DNA from: Macrostomum hystrix
Lineage: Eukaryota; Animalia; Platyhelminthes
DNA length: 64,000 bases
Assembly: GCA_950097015.1 (NCBI GenBank)
Contig: CATNEN010000038.1
Location: 9,176,001-9,240,000, forward strand
Direction: 5' to 3'
Of this stretch, positions 24,720 through 38,100 are shown piece by piece. Both the position numbers and the translations under genes were made by a program. The notes under the pieces were generated by a model that had not been told where the DNA came from, did not search any database, and saw only the letters and a program-made list of their open reading frames with translations. Each line of letters starts with the position of its first letter. The stretch's first letter is position 1.

Positions 24720-25920
24720 CCGCCCAAAGAAGCTCAGCAGGGTCCCTCAGCTCAGAATCCGATGCGATCGCTCCGCCTGCGACACCGAAGCCAGTTCCCG
24801 CCAGCGACCAGCAGCAACAGCAGACAGTTGCAACAACAGTGCTTCGAGAAAAAAGAAGAGATAGGCGATTTTTTCAAACAGGAAATCAGCAGCAGCAGCA
24901 GCAGCAAGTAAGACAGCGGCGCCGACCATTTCCTAACGCGGCATTAGCATCTATGCAGCAGCAGATTCGCTTGCAGCAGCAGCAGCAGCAGCATCATCAA
25001 CTGGAAGTTAAAACGACTGCATCGCCAATTTTGCCGAGAGAAATTGTCGCAGCCGTCTCCCCATCCACTGGCCGGGCCGCGCAGACGAGGCTCGGTGAGC
25101 GCCTGCGGGATTAAATCCCCTATTATCCCAATTAGGGAATCAGAGAGTAGAATAGAAGATCTCCCATTATCCCAATTAGGGAATCAGAGAGTAGAATACA
25201 AGATCTCCCATTATCCCAATTAGGGAATCAGAGAGTAGAATAGAAGATCTCCCATTATCCCAATTAGGGAATCAGAGAGTAGAATACAAGATCTCCCATT
25301 ATCCCAATTAGGGAATCAGAGAGTAGAATAGAAGATCTCCCATTATCCCAATTAGGGAATCAGAGAGTAGAATACAAGATCTCCCATTATTCCAAGTTGG
25401 GAATCAGAGAGTAGATCTCCCATCATCCTAAAAAGTGTGTACTTAAATATCTCATTAGCTTATTGGGGAATTCACGGGTAGATATCTATAAAAAATATTA
25501 GGGAGATATGGGCTTATCGTCATAATCCCACTGCAGAACAAAACTTCCCCTGCCGCAGATGTTGCAGATCTGGTGGCAACTCGCTCGTCGACCACACTGC
25601 TACCACCGTCACCAACGCAGCAGCAGCAGCAACAGCAGAAGCCGAGGAAACCGCAGCAGCAACAGCAGCAGCAGCAGGGCTGCGCGCCAAAGCAGCGGTT
25701 CTCATACCCGGAGCCCCTGCCGGGTATCGGAGTCACCTCAGCGCCGCCAGGTTTTGGCAGCCGCCTGACAGAGCTGGGCCTGCTCACGGCGGACACAATT
25801 CGTTGGGAGAAGCTGCGACCAACACGACAGGCCAATACGGCCGCCACCGCACCATCTAGGAGCGGCCAGAAGCAGCAGCAGCAGCAGCAAAAACAGGGCC
25901 AGACAGTAGGAGTGAACTAA
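24720..25920 (+). CDS. Gln-rich protein, 3' exons (unknown; may join 22370-22756)
   Basis: Exon ending CTC G|gtgagc at 25094 is phase-compatible with cctgccgcag|AT at 25559, giving DVADLVATR...FSYPEPLPG...SRLTELGLLTADTIRWEKLRP...* (25920). The intron holds a 44-bp array. 5' boundary unresolved. Confidence 0.5.
25118..25420. repeat. 44-bp minisatellite CCCATTATCCCAATTAGGGAATCAGAGAGTAGAATA(G/C)AAGATCT, ~7 copies
   Basis: Direct repeats with alternating G/C variant. Confidence 0.93.
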
Positions 25921-26039
25921 GGGTTTCACTTGACAAGAATATTATAAAAACTAATGCCCATGCTTTCTACTCACCAACAGTAGTACAATAGTTTTATTGC
26001 AAAAAAACAATTCATCGAAAATTACTGCTAAATCACGTA

Positions 26040-26205
26040 CAGCCAATGGCACAGTCGCAACAGGGACTGGGGAGGCTGCCTCACCCACTCTAGTACATTT
26101 CACAGCTGGGTAAACTGAAGAAATGAGGAATTAAGTATCTCGCTCAAGGACACAAGGACGCATAATGCTTCAATTGGCTTTAGAATCGAACTCTGGACCG
26201 CACTC
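26040..26205 (-). mobile_element. Degenerate CORE-SINE fragment
   Basis: CACAGCTGGGTAAACTGAAG...TTAAGTATCTCGCTCAAGGACACAA...GAATCGAAC matches the CORE and B-box region of the SINE at 12660-12750. Confidence 0.6.
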
Positions 26206-26960
26206 GGTCAGACGAAGGAAACTCAAATTACTGGACTGCAGGCGCCGAGATGACGGTATATAAAAGTATCGAAAATATACGTCATTCTTTTTTAATAATG
26301 GTAATTGCGTTTGTTTTACGCAGAAAATAAGTAGTAGTAGTTGTCTTCTACGCATAGTACTACTAGTCAAATTGGAATAAGTAGTGCACTAAGGATTGAA
26401 TATATTTTATATTAACTATCAAATTAATACAATATAGGGCATGTGCAGGTGAAATTTCTTTGCATATTTTAGCACAGAAAATCAAGCAGCGGTGCAAACA
26501 CTGCTAGTTGACAGGTAGGGGACATTGTTCTCCATCATTTAAAAGTACGCGTAGCGATAAAAAAAGAGCTATATGTATAAATAAAAACGTATTTTTCAAA
26601 TACATTTCAGCGATCAACGCTATAATAAAACTAACTGCGTACCTAAAATAAACTTGCTATTGATTACAATCGAGAAAATAACAAATTTTAAACAGTTAAA
26701 GAATCGATTTCTTTTCTTAGAAATGAATTGGACGGCAAAACTATTTTCGAAATGAGATTGATCAAAGCGAATGAAGTGAATGAAAAACGCGGCTAGCCGA
26801 CTGTTTAAAGTCCGGTTGTCAATGACAACAAATGATAAGGAAGATTTTACTGTCGTAAATAAGACATAACAACCGATTGGATGGTCATTACAACAGCTAG
26901 CTTGTTTATGACTGCGGCGACAAGCTGCTTAACTTATGTTTGAAATCGATGACTCAGTAC

Positions 26961-29900
26961 TCAAGCCTCCAAGGCAGCCTGAATTCTCCGCTCCAGCTCT
27001 CGGACAATGTCATCTTCGTGACTGTAAACTCCGGTGCGCAGCAGGGTGTCCCGCTCCTCAATGAGCCTGGCCGCGTGCTCGCTGCCAGACTTTGTGGCCG
27101 GCTGGTCTGACCCAACTGGGCCGCCGAAGGCCAAGCTGTCCAGGCCTTCCTTCGCCTTCCTCAGCTCACCGCGCTCCCGCCTGACCAGATCCTGCGAGAT
27201 GGCATCAGCGACAACTGCGATTGGACCTCCGTGACCTTCAGTCAACAATCTCCCTTCAACTAGCACCCTCTTCCTTCAACTAGCATCCTCTCCCTTCAAC
27301 TAGCATCCTCTCCCTTCAACTAGCATTCTCTCCCTTCAACTAGCATCCTCTCCCTTCAACTAGCATCCTCTCCCTTCAACTAGCATCCTCTCCCTTCAAC
27401 TAGCATTCTCTCCCTTCAACTAGCATCCTCTCCCTTCAACTAGCATCCTCTCCCTTCAACTAGCATTCTCTCCCTTCAACTAGCATCCTCTCCCTTCAAC
27501 TAGCATCCTCTCCCTTCAACTAGCATTCTCTCCCTTCAACTAGCATCCTCTCCCTTCAACTAGCATCCTCTCCCTTCAACTAGCATCCTCTCCCTTCAAC
27601 TAGCATTCTCTCCCTTCAACTAGCATCCACTCCCTTCAACTAGCATCCACTCCCTTCAACTAGCATCCACTCCCTTCAACTAGCATCCTCTCCCTTCAAC
27701 TAGCATTCTCTCCCTTCAACTAGCATCCACTCCCTTCAACTAGCATCCTCTCCCTTCAACTAGCATCCTCTCCCTTCAACTAGCATTCTCTCCCTTCAAC
27801 TAGCATCCACTCCCTTCAACTAGCATCCTCTCCCTTCAACTAGCATTCTCTCCCTTCAACTAGCATCCACTCCCTTCAACTAGCATCCTCTCCCTTCAAC
27901 TAGCATCCTCTCCCTTCAACTAGCATTCTCTCCCTTCAACTAGCATCCACTCCCTTCAACTAGCATCCTCTCCCTTCAACTAGCATTCTCTCCCTTCAAC
28001 TAGCATCCTCTCCCTTCAACTAGCATCCTCTCCCTTCAACTAGCATTCTCTCCCTTCAACTAGCATCCTCTCCCTTCAACTAGCATCCACTCCCTTCAAC
28101 TAGCATCCTCTCACTTTAACTAGTTTATAAAATAGGCAGGCCTCTCCACATTCCACAGACCTGTTCCTCAGCGGCCAGGTATCGCAGCCGCATGTGCTCC
28201 AGCTCCGTCTGCTGCCGTTGCAGCGCCGCCGCCTGGGCCGCCTGTTCGCGTTGACGCGCCGCGGCCAGCTCCTTGAGGCATCGGCCCAGCTGCTGCTTAT
28301 ACTGCTGCTTGGCCCGCTGAGCCTGCTCAAGCCGGCGCTCCAGCTCGCTCTTCTCCAGCTGCGGCAGTGGGGAGAGGAAATGGGCGGATCTGGTAGCTGA
28401 AGACAGGCGGGATATAGAAGCTGATAATAGCTGCGGAAGGGGCTGAATAAGTGAAAGAGTGATCCTGAGGAACGGGCGGAACTGTTAGAGAAAGTATCCC
28501 GAGGAACGGGCGGAACTGTTGGAGAAATGGTTCTGAGGAAGGGACGGAACTGTTAGAGATAGGATCACGACGAAGGGGCGGAACTGTTAGAGAAAGTATC
28601 CCGAGGAAGGGACGGAACTGTTAGAGATAGGATCCTGAGAAACGGGCGAGACTGTTAGAGAAAGGATCCTGAGGAACGGGCGGAACAGTTGGAGAAATGG
28701 TTGTGAGGAAGGGGCGGAACTGTTAGAGAAAGGATCCTGAGGAAGGGCGGAACTGTTAGAGATGGGATCCTGAGGAAGGGCGGAACTGTTAGAGAAAGTA
28801 TCCTGAGGAAGGGGCGGAACTGTTAGAGATGGGATCCTGAGGAAGGGCGGAACTGTTAGAGAAATGATCCTGAGGAAGGGGCGGAACTGTTAGAGATGGG
28901 ATCCTGAGGAAGGGCGGAACTGTTAGAGAAATGATCCTGAGGAACGGGCGGAACTGTTAGAGATGGGATCCTGAGGAAGGGCGGAACTGTTAGAGAAATG
29001 ATCCTGAGGAACGGGCGGAACTGTTAGAGAAATGATCCTGAGGAACGGGCGGAACTGTTAGAGATGGGATCCTGAGGAAGGGCGGAACTGTTAGAGAAAG
29101 GATTCTGAGGAACGGGCGGAACTGTTAGAGATGGGATCCTGAGGAACGGGCGGAACTGTTAGAGAAAGGATCCTGAGGAAGGGCGGAACTGTTAGAGAAA
29201 TGATCCTGAGGAACGGGCGGAACTGTTAGAGAAAGGATCCTGAGGAACGGGCGGAACTGTTAGAGAAAGGATCCTGAGGAACGGGCGAAACTGTTAGAGA
29301 AATGATCCTGAGGAACGGGCGGAACTGTTAGAGATGGGATCCTGAGGAACGGGCGGAACTGTTAGAGATATAATCCTGATGAATGGGTGGAACTGTTAGA
29401 GAAAGGATGCTGAGGAACGGGCGGAACTGTTAGGGAAGATAAGTTAATGATTGAAGGCTGAAGATTGGATCAAATGAAGGCTGAACGAATTGGTAGAATT
29501 GAAAAGTCTGCGTAAGAAAACTTGCATGATTGGCATTAAGCACATTAAGTGGAGGGGTAGGATATGAAAGAGACCGCCAACCTGCAGATTGGTGACAGTG
29601 TGCAGCAGCTTGACCTCCGGCCTGTCGGACTCAGCGTCGCGCAGTTTCTTCAAAGCGGCCTCGGTCTCGCGCCAGCGCCTCTCCCAGTCGTGACCGGCGG
29701 ACTTGGCGGCTGCCACCTGCTCCTCCAGCTGGCGACAGCGGGCCCGCTCCAGCTCCACCCGCTGTTGGCAGTCGGCCTGCATGCGGGCTGACGCGTCCTG
29801 CAGCTCTTTGAGGCGCGAATCGTGCCGCCGCTGAAGATCGTCGCGCCGCTGGAGCAGGTCGCGCTGGGCGCTGGCAAGACGGCGTTCCTTCTCCTCCACG

Positions 29901-32900
29901 TCGGCGATGGCCGCCTGTGGCAAGAATTCGAGAGATTTTAGGATTCGGGATTTTCAGGAGTAGGATAAAAACTAGTATCCACGAGATATTGAGTAGGACA
30001 ACAATAATTGCAGGAGGGCTGCGGGCAATGGCACATCATTTGCTGACACAAGAACTGCAGCCATCGAGGAGGCAATTCTGCCATTTCCGCTGACTCCTGA
30101 GCACACACGCACACAGATACCGTACGCAGGCACACGCTCACACAGGTGTGTACATCTGCCCTGAATTTCTCATCGTCGGGCAGTGTACACTTTCACTGTG
30201 CCTTGGAGGTTGGCCCTCAAGTGCGTAAATTGCACGACAAACCCCCAAGCCTTCTCTCCGCGACTGCGACCCAAATGAATGTGGCCTCACCGCGGAATCA
30301 AGCTCAGGGACCTCGATGCGAGAGGTAAACGCGTTAACCGCTTTGCCATCCACCTCTTAGGAGTGGTATTAATCCCATTCATTAAATATTATGAATGGGA
30401 TTCATGGTATAACTCATATCCATGGGATATTGAGGAGTGGGATAACTCTTATCCGTGAGAGATTGAGGAGTGGGATAACTCTTATCCGTGAGATATTGTG
30501 GAGTGGGATAACTCTTATCCGTGAGATTTTGAGGAGTGGGATAACCCTTAGGCAGGTAGGAATCCCAGTCTCACCTGCAGCCGCTCCGTTAGCTGCTCGT
30601 ACTCGGCAGTCCTCCGCTTATGAGCCGCTTCCCTCTCGGCGTCTCGCCGGCGGAACTCCCTGGCGAAGGACATCACCAGCGTCTGCTCGCGACGCTTCAG
30701 GCCGGCCTCGAATGCCTCCTTGGCGGCCTCCTTCCACAGCTCCAGCTCCATGGCTGCGTGGTACATGTCCGCCTCTGACACACCGGCTGGGAGCGGCGGC
30801 TGCTGTTGCTGGGGCGGATGCGGGCGGTCTTTGTCCTCATCAGCGCCGTCCTGCTGCTCCTTGTCCTTGGCGTGCGCTGCGCCATTCGGCTCGCGAGCTG
30901 GCGCCGGCTCTTCGTCAAAATCTTCGTCATCGTAGTCGTATGAATCTACGAGTAGAAGCAGAATGTCGTTTGGGGGCGGCGGTAGGCACTGAAAATACTT
31001 GCTGAATGACCGATTTTCATAAAAGTTCACCATATGAACCTAACTTTTCCGCCCTTAATTTTCAAAGCCGTCTGACGTCAGCATCGTCGTGATATTCAGC
31101 GATTCTTAGCGAAGACCCTGGGGACAAGGACAACTAACATTGCTCTGAATAAACGTCTATGGCGAATCCATATTAATTAAATGGAAGAAAAACAACAAAT
31201 TTATATAATCAATAAAATACAATAAAAAATAGTAGCTGTACTATTGCATGATGTATGTCGCGGAATCTATTAGAAGTGCCTCATCCTTTTCACTCGCTCT
31301 CTCCTATCGCTCTCAGTTTTCGTTATCGATTTGTTGGACCCTTCCTTACCTTTCAATGTTGTACTTGTGTCCCCGCCACCCCATTCTTCTCTTATCTCTA
31401 AAATTCACCCACCTCAAATAAATGATTATAAGCGGCTACAAGGCCAGTCTATCGAAGGGTTTTATTGCCATCCTTTCACGTTGATACTTGATATACAAAA
31501 TTTCCGTCTATCTCCTAACTTCTAAGGTCTTGTTTAACAACTTACAAGCTAGTCAAATTCAAACAAAAGAGGATTTTCATTGCGGTTGATTGAATATTTT
31601 GGGAGATATTTATAATTTGTTAGGTATTTGCACGTTCTGCCTACTCTACTACTAATAGTGGTCAGTAAGGTGAAAATACCTTTTAAATATATATACATAT
31701 AAGATGAGTAGGTGATGTTGTCTTTCATACTACTTAAAGTGGCAGTTTACATATATTTAATAGATGTGATCAAATATGTTTTATGAGCAAATCGACACAA
31801 AATAAGCTGAATTTGCAGATAATCCCGAGCCTACCTTCAAGCCTATCGCCATTTGCTTGGACCTTGGTCTTCTGCTGCGGCTGTTCAGGCTGCTGCTGCT
31901 GCTGCTGCTGCTGCTCACATTCGTCAGTGTAAACTGCCAGGGTTAACTCCGGACGAGTCTGGGCGTACCTGGATTAATTGGGAGCGAATATTAATCATCA
32001 AGCTGATGAACGAGGGTACAGAATGTCGGACTGAGCTCGAGTCCTCGGCGATCTGAGGATCTGAGGATCAGGGGACAGAGGATCTGAGAGGCGGGCATAT
32101 CCCTTCTGAGGATCTGAGAGGCGGGCATATCCCTTCTGAGGATCTGAGAGGCGCGTAGACCCCAAATGAGGATTTGTGAGGCGGGCAGATCCCACCTAAG
32201 GACCTGAGAGATCCCACCCTGAGAGAAAAAACCCAAGCGACTCACCGACTATGCAGCAGCTGGTAGGACTTGGCAACCGCGGCAGTCGGAGACTGACCAG
32301 CAGACCGGACATCGAGGACAACATAGCCAACCTGCTCTCTGGCGGTGGTCCGCCTGTCAACTGCGTACAGCAGCAGCTTAATACTGGCCCGCTGTAGCCT
32401 GTGCTGAGCCAATGCCTTCTTGTCCAGCTCCCAGGCCAATTCCTGCTCGAAGCGAGGATTCTCCACGTGATCAACTGGGTCTGTGGCCAGAAGTTCGCCA
32501 TCAAATTTTGCCTCCGCTTGCAGGCTGTGTGTGTTCCGGTCAGGGAATCGCTTACCTGTTCATGTTGGAATGGGGATTGAATGTTCAGTAACTTTGCACA
32601 TTTGGCGCTTATGTATAGTGAATCATTAGCTGTTAATTATGCTTGTACAGATTGTCAGCTGATAATCATGTGCTAGAGAGAGTCTGTCAGTTGATAATCA
32701 TGTGCTAGAGAGAGACTGTCAGCTGATAATCATGTGCTAGAGAGACTGTCAGCTGATAATCATGTGCTAGAGAGAGTCTGGCAGCTGATAATCATGTGCT
32801 AGAGAGACTTTCAGCTGATAATCATGTGCTAGAGACTGTCAGCTGAGAATCATGTGCTAGAGAGTCTGTCAGCTGATAAACATGTGCTAGAGACTGTCAG

Positions 32901-34304
32901 CTGAGAATCATGTGCTAGAGAGTCTGTCAGCTGATAAACATGTGCTAATTTGACACACCAATTGAGCAGTTATAATGAGATAAACAATAATGAGCAAATC
33001 TACATTTTTTTAATTGTAATGACTTTCTAATTATTGACATTGACATTATTACTAAATTTTTATGCATTTTCCTTTTTCTATGGCCATATTTTACCATATC
33101 AAATTAATAAAGTAAAGACTGGAACATTAGATTCCTTGCTTAGCTTGCTTATTTAAAAATTGCAATCTAAAACTTTGGAGTTGAATTATTTTGTTAGGGT
33201 AATGTATCATCAACCGAACAGTGTATCTTCAAAACCGAACAAGAATTTTGACTCCTTCCTTGGTCTCGTGCAAGACAGAAGCAAGCTATTGTGTTTCACA
33301 GAACAACTAATTTGAAAGTTGAAGAAATTATCTACAAGCTGAGGCATGATGTGCAATGAAGCATTAAGAGGAAAGAAAGATATTGATGTTTCAGTAGAAA
33401 TTTTTATTGCAAAATCATACTTTTTAACAACATTTTTTCAGTATGTACTTTAGACAAAGATTGTATGTGGTTGCTTGCCAATTAAATGACCATAAATGTA
33501 GTTACTTATAGAGCATGAAAAATGCTTTCAAATGACATAATTCATGATAGTTCACTCCTTAAAATAAGATTAAACCACTCACTCAAATTTTAAAACCAAA
33601 CATCAAATTCTCTGTTTGGTTTGAAGATATATGAAAATCATTGTTCGGTTTTAGATAAAAAGCAGGAATAACTTTTTTCTATTTGACAAAATAGCAAAAG
33701 CAGATACTTTTTAGAAAGATGTAACTGTTTTCTATAACTTGGCTTTTGATTTATAATCATATTTTAAATAGAAAATCTGTAGCTTAGGTTTGAAGTAAAA
33801 AAAATACACATTCTTGTTTGGTTGATGATACATTACCCTATCAATATATAATATAATTTATTTTATAAGATATTTTATATGATTAGATTTAGCATTATAA
33901 ATATATATATACATATATAAATTATTAGCTACAATTTACTGATATGTGGTTTTAGAAATCATTACACCAAAGCTATAATTAACAACAGGTTTCGTGTCCT
34001 TTGTTTCTCATTGCCTTGTCTATTAATTATAAGGCCCATTTTAATCATACTATGCTTTAAAAATATTTTATTCTAAGCATTTAATTTTTGGCAAAGTTAT
34101 AGCATATCTACAGTGTAGGTAAAATTCTAGGTACTTAGCTAGGTAAACAGAGTTTCATAGCTAAAATTGAACAGAGATGAAAAATTCTATTCCCTAAGCC
34201 TAAGGCTTACGTGTAGTAATAAAAAGCATTAAAACTAAATAAATAAAATGACTCAAAATGTAAAAAATGTACAAACCTGATATTAAGGACACAACAATAA
34301 GCAT
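26961..34304 (-). CDS. CEP120: Centrosomal protein CEP120 homologue (~534 aa; one C2 domain + coiled coil)
   Basis: Exons 34304-34277, 32555-32246, 31968-31835, 30945-30575, 29914-29582, 28358-28161 and 27191-26961 join in frame (1605 nt). Recognisable motifs: [81 protein letters not shown]. Confidence 0.9.
27249..28112. repeat. 20-bp minisatellite TCCCTTCAACTAGCATCCTC, ~43 copies (CEP120 intron 6)
   Basis: Direct tandem repeats. Confidence 0.95.
28460..29432. repeat. ~34-bp minisatellite GATCCTGAGGAACGGGCGGAACTGTTAGAGAAA (CEP120 intron 5)
   Basis: Direct tandem repeats, more diverged at the edges. Confidence 0.93.
29950..30355 (-). mobile_element. Possible second-family tRNA-derived SINE in CEP120 intron 4
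   Basis: Minus-strand head GGTGGATGGCAAAGCGGTTAACGCG...GAGCTTGATTCC with A/B-box-like spacing; only one copy here. Confidence 0.35.
30400..30548. repeat. ~33-bp tandem repeat GAGTGGGATAACTCTTATCCGTGAGAT, ~4 copies
   Basis: Direct repeats next to the CEP120 exon 4 donor. Confidence 0.8.
32655..32947. repeat. ~28-32-bp minisatellite CTGTCAGCTGATAATCATGTGCT(AG)n
   Basis: Direct repeats with variable AG count. Confidence 0.9.
33197..33838. mobile_element. MITE with 24-bp TIRs, flanked by TA
   Basis: TA|GGGTAATGTATCATCAACCGAACA ... TGTTTGGTTGATGATACATTACCC|TA (one mismatch); no coding capacity. Confidence 0.85.
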
Positions 34305-35179
34305 TTTAATAGCTGCTTGTTAAAGTCAATCAGAATCTCAGAGACAGGGGTATTTAAATTATATAGCGTCTGTAAGCTAAAATTATAAAAAGTTTGGAAG
34401 TTAAGTATAAAATACTAGATTCGAGACTTTGAGAATTAAATAAAAAACTAAAGTTTTACTTCACAGGACTAGTAAAAAATTGATACCTAACAACTGTCAA
34501 AAGGTTGGCCAAAATAGTTAAATTTTGTTGTAGGCCTAACACACAGCAGAGTTAGGTGATATAGTCTTAAAATCACCTAGCCAAATAAATTATAAATAAT
34601 CACAATAACAAAGAACTTCTGAATACGCTGACTAGGCCTGCTCTTTTTTTAATCAAACTTAGATTTTAACAACACACTGCAAATGTTGATGATCTGTCCG
34701 TCCCGTATGGTCATCTTTGAATTTTACGAATATCGAATATTTAAGTAACTCAAAAAAATTTGTTGTTTTGAAAACTTTACAAGTATTTTAACGTTTGTTT
34801 AATAAAAGAAGAAAGAAATTTGGCTAAGACTGTTTCTCCTTTTTAAATGTAGTTTTTTGATTTGCTTATAATTTGTCTTTAAATAGTGGTACTAATTTAA
34901 ACACAACTGAAGCCTGCACTTTTCAGCCTGTCGCATGTACAGCGATCCCCAGCAGGCTGTACACACAGTCTTTGCTCCGTAACATATATTATTTGAACAC
35001 ATCAGCTGCGAAAAATACAGTATTTCACATATTTAATAATATACACATATAGTTGAATCCTTACTGCCAGCGTCTTAGATTTAGTCAACTAGTGTAATTC
35101 TAAAGCCCACTATTGCAGTGCTTAGCTAATACTAGTCCAATAATTGTTCTCGGCATTTTTAGAAAGCTTATTTTCAAGC
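34305..35179. promoter_or_regulatory. Putative divergent promoter region between CEP120 and glycogen phosphorylase
   Basis: AT-rich 875-bp interval between head-to-head start codons; no specific motif verified. Confidence 0.45.
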
Positions 35180-38100
35180 ATGGGTAATGGTAATGTTGCG
35201 GAAAATGTTGACCAGGATACGGAGAAACGAAAAGGTCTAAGCATTAGAGGTATATCAGAAGTTGCGAACATTGTTAATATTAAAAAATCTTTCAACCGAC
35301 ATTTACATTTCACACTTGTAAAAGATCGCAATGTGGCAACGCATAGAGATTTTTATCTTTCTTTGGCCCATACGGTTTGGGATCAGTTGTGCAGTAGATG
35401 GATAAGAACACACCAGTTCTACTATCAGCAGGATCCAAAAGTAAGTACTTATTTCCCCCATTTTTGTTCTTTATCATAACATTGAGCCTAACTTATGGCC
35501 TTAAGCTTAAGGTCCTGTAGGCCTACTTAGCTTGCTTGGCAGCCTAGGCGTGTATAATTTCAATAGCTATCCTATAGTAGGGTGCCATATTTGCACCAGT
35601 GTTTTTTAGTACTAGGTATTTTAAAACCACTCAGTGCTTTTTTGGCATAGCACTAGGGGTAGGGACTACTTTTTGGAGTAGGGCCTAATCATTATTGGCC
35701 CTAATCAGATTTTTGCCACAAAAAACTGAAGCCCCAAGCCAGTATGGCCAAATTGTAAAATAAAATAATATGTTTTCTGTTCAGAATGAATATTATTAGG
35801 CATACACATACATGCGCAACCTCCCAAATCTTAGCTGGCCCTGCGACTTAGTTTTTGCTCTCATTTGCGACTTAGTTCATTTCATTACTCTATTTATGAC
35901 TTAGTTTGCTCTCATTTGCTCTCTTTTTCTCTCCCCTTTTTCCTTTTCTTCACGCCTTCCTTTTTTGTCCCTTGGTCCCCCCTTTGATTTTTTTGCGCTT
36001 GGTCTATTGGTTTTTGCGACTTACCTTGCTTGGCCCTCGTTTCACCTGGCCGGTTCAGCCGGGTCGGCTGGGTGTTGCACATGTATGTTATTAGGTTATT
36101 TTTTATATTGCTGACAATGAGAAAAATAAAATTTTACATTTACAGTACAAAGTTCTTAGGTTTCTATAGCTTAATTCCTTCACAGTACTTTAATTTTTTA
36201 ATTGACTTGAAACTTTAAAACTTCCTAGTTTCGCATGTTTAATTATTTTCTGTCTGAAATCATGTGTTTACATGGTACAGCACTCAAGGTTGCAGAGTAG
36301 AGTCTGACCAAGTACTTGACTCATCAAGTATTGAGTCAATTGCTTGTCCCTTTTGACAACTATGCAACTCAAAACTACTTGAGTCTAAATTTGTCACAAG
36401 TCGAGTAAGTATTCCATGTAACAAAAAGGTCAATAAAGGCCAGGGCAGATAAGAGAAGCAAGAGAATAGAAGAAGCAAGAAAAGAAAGAAGAGGTGAAAG
36501 CAAAAGAAGAAAGAATAGAGGTGAGAATATGAGCTAAATCCAATGGCAATATAGAAGGGAATAAACTGGTATGTATAGTTATTTGTTAAAATTGTATGCT
36601 ATCTGATCTCATACATAGATATAGAATAACCAATTTAACCAACCAACCAATATGCATGTATAGTACATAGTACATATATATATATATACTGCATAGTCCT
36701 TGCCCATATTTTTTCCTGATATAGCCATTTCACTTTTAGGGAATTGCAAGAAATGAATAAGAATATATTATTTTGATAGTAAAATAAGCTATGTACATGT
36801 GAGAGATTAAGGATGGAGGCCTATTTGTAGATGTACAATAGTAAGCAGTAACATAGACAAGGCAGAGGTCTAAAAATGAGATAAACTATATATTGCTTGG
36901 CTACTGGACTACTTGACTTGAATTACTCAACTCGACCAAGTAATACTTGACCAAAAACCAGGCTTGGTTGGACTCTATTACAGAGGTTGTTTTGATTGTG
37001 CAAGTCTGTAGGTGGCACTATTGTTGTAAGCACTGAAGTTCTACCAGCCATGTTTTGATATTTGTAGCTAATCCCTTCCCTTCACCCTTGCCTTTGCTCT
37101 TATTACCCCCAGATCTTTATTTAATTGACTAAATTTTATGCAACGTCACTTCAGCACAACTGTGCCATGGAAGCACCTGATTTCAAACAGAAAATAATTA
37201 AACATGCGAAACTAGGAATTTTCTGAAACTTCACCCACTTTGAAGTCTATGACCCACTAAAAGACAGGTTGGGTTTTTGACTATCTGTTCTAGCTTTACT
37301 GTAACTTTAAAAAAATATATGTAGAGTAGTTAGTACAAGTTTGCAAGTGCCATACTTTTAACAAAATCAATCTAGTCTTGATTAAACTACTTTTATTAAC
37401 AATAGTTATTGTGAATGATGAACAATCTATAAATGAATAAGCAAAACAGGAGCTTCATTGCAAAAATGTAGTTTGTTGCTGTCAGTTGTCATTATTGTCA
37501 TGGGATCTGATTCAGATATTTTTTATACCCACAAGTCCTTAGGCCTACCTTATCATAAATAGTACTAATATTCAATAGGTCCCCATGTCTCTATTGACAT
37601 TTAGTCCTGTTAATTATTCACTCAGAATTTATTTGACCCAAAACCCTTTTATCACAATGTCCTGCTTAGTAAGGTATTCTTATATATTGGAGTTCTTACA
37701 GAAGCCTTTAAGCTAAGGCCACCAATAATAATTTTGATTTTTAATATTCAAAAGGTCCCCTTGACTGAATTTCAATATTTTTTTATTTTCCATTCTCTCT
37801 CAAATAAAAGACAACAAAAATTCTTCTTAAAATTCCATATATGCCACTAAGTGTAGTCATCATGTGATAAAGAAGTTATTTTATAAAAAGTTGTAGATAG
37901 AACAAATAGTTTTTTTAACTTGCCTGGTCTGAAACTTCTGCACCCTAAAAACATTTATAGAATATAAACAGATTTTTGTGCCTACTAACTTTAGAACTAT
38001 TTTTTATAGACTAAAGTTCTAGAAGCCTCTGTTTTTAGTGTGTAAAAAGTTAGAATTAAGTTTGGGTGCTACAAGTTCTGTTTCTGTGTTGGAGTCTAAC

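Noticed and set aside
30145-30195. Hairpin GTGTACATCTGCCC...GGGCAGTGTACAC (and CTGATGA at ~9230) as hammerhead ribozymes
   Set aside because: The CUGAUGA...GAAA core with three stems cannot be assembled on either strand.
31991-32245. Extra CEP120 exon in intron 2
   Set aside because: Degenerate ~30-bp tandem repeat; the phase-compatible frame hits a stop, while the 31968 acceptor restores RYAQTRPEL homology.
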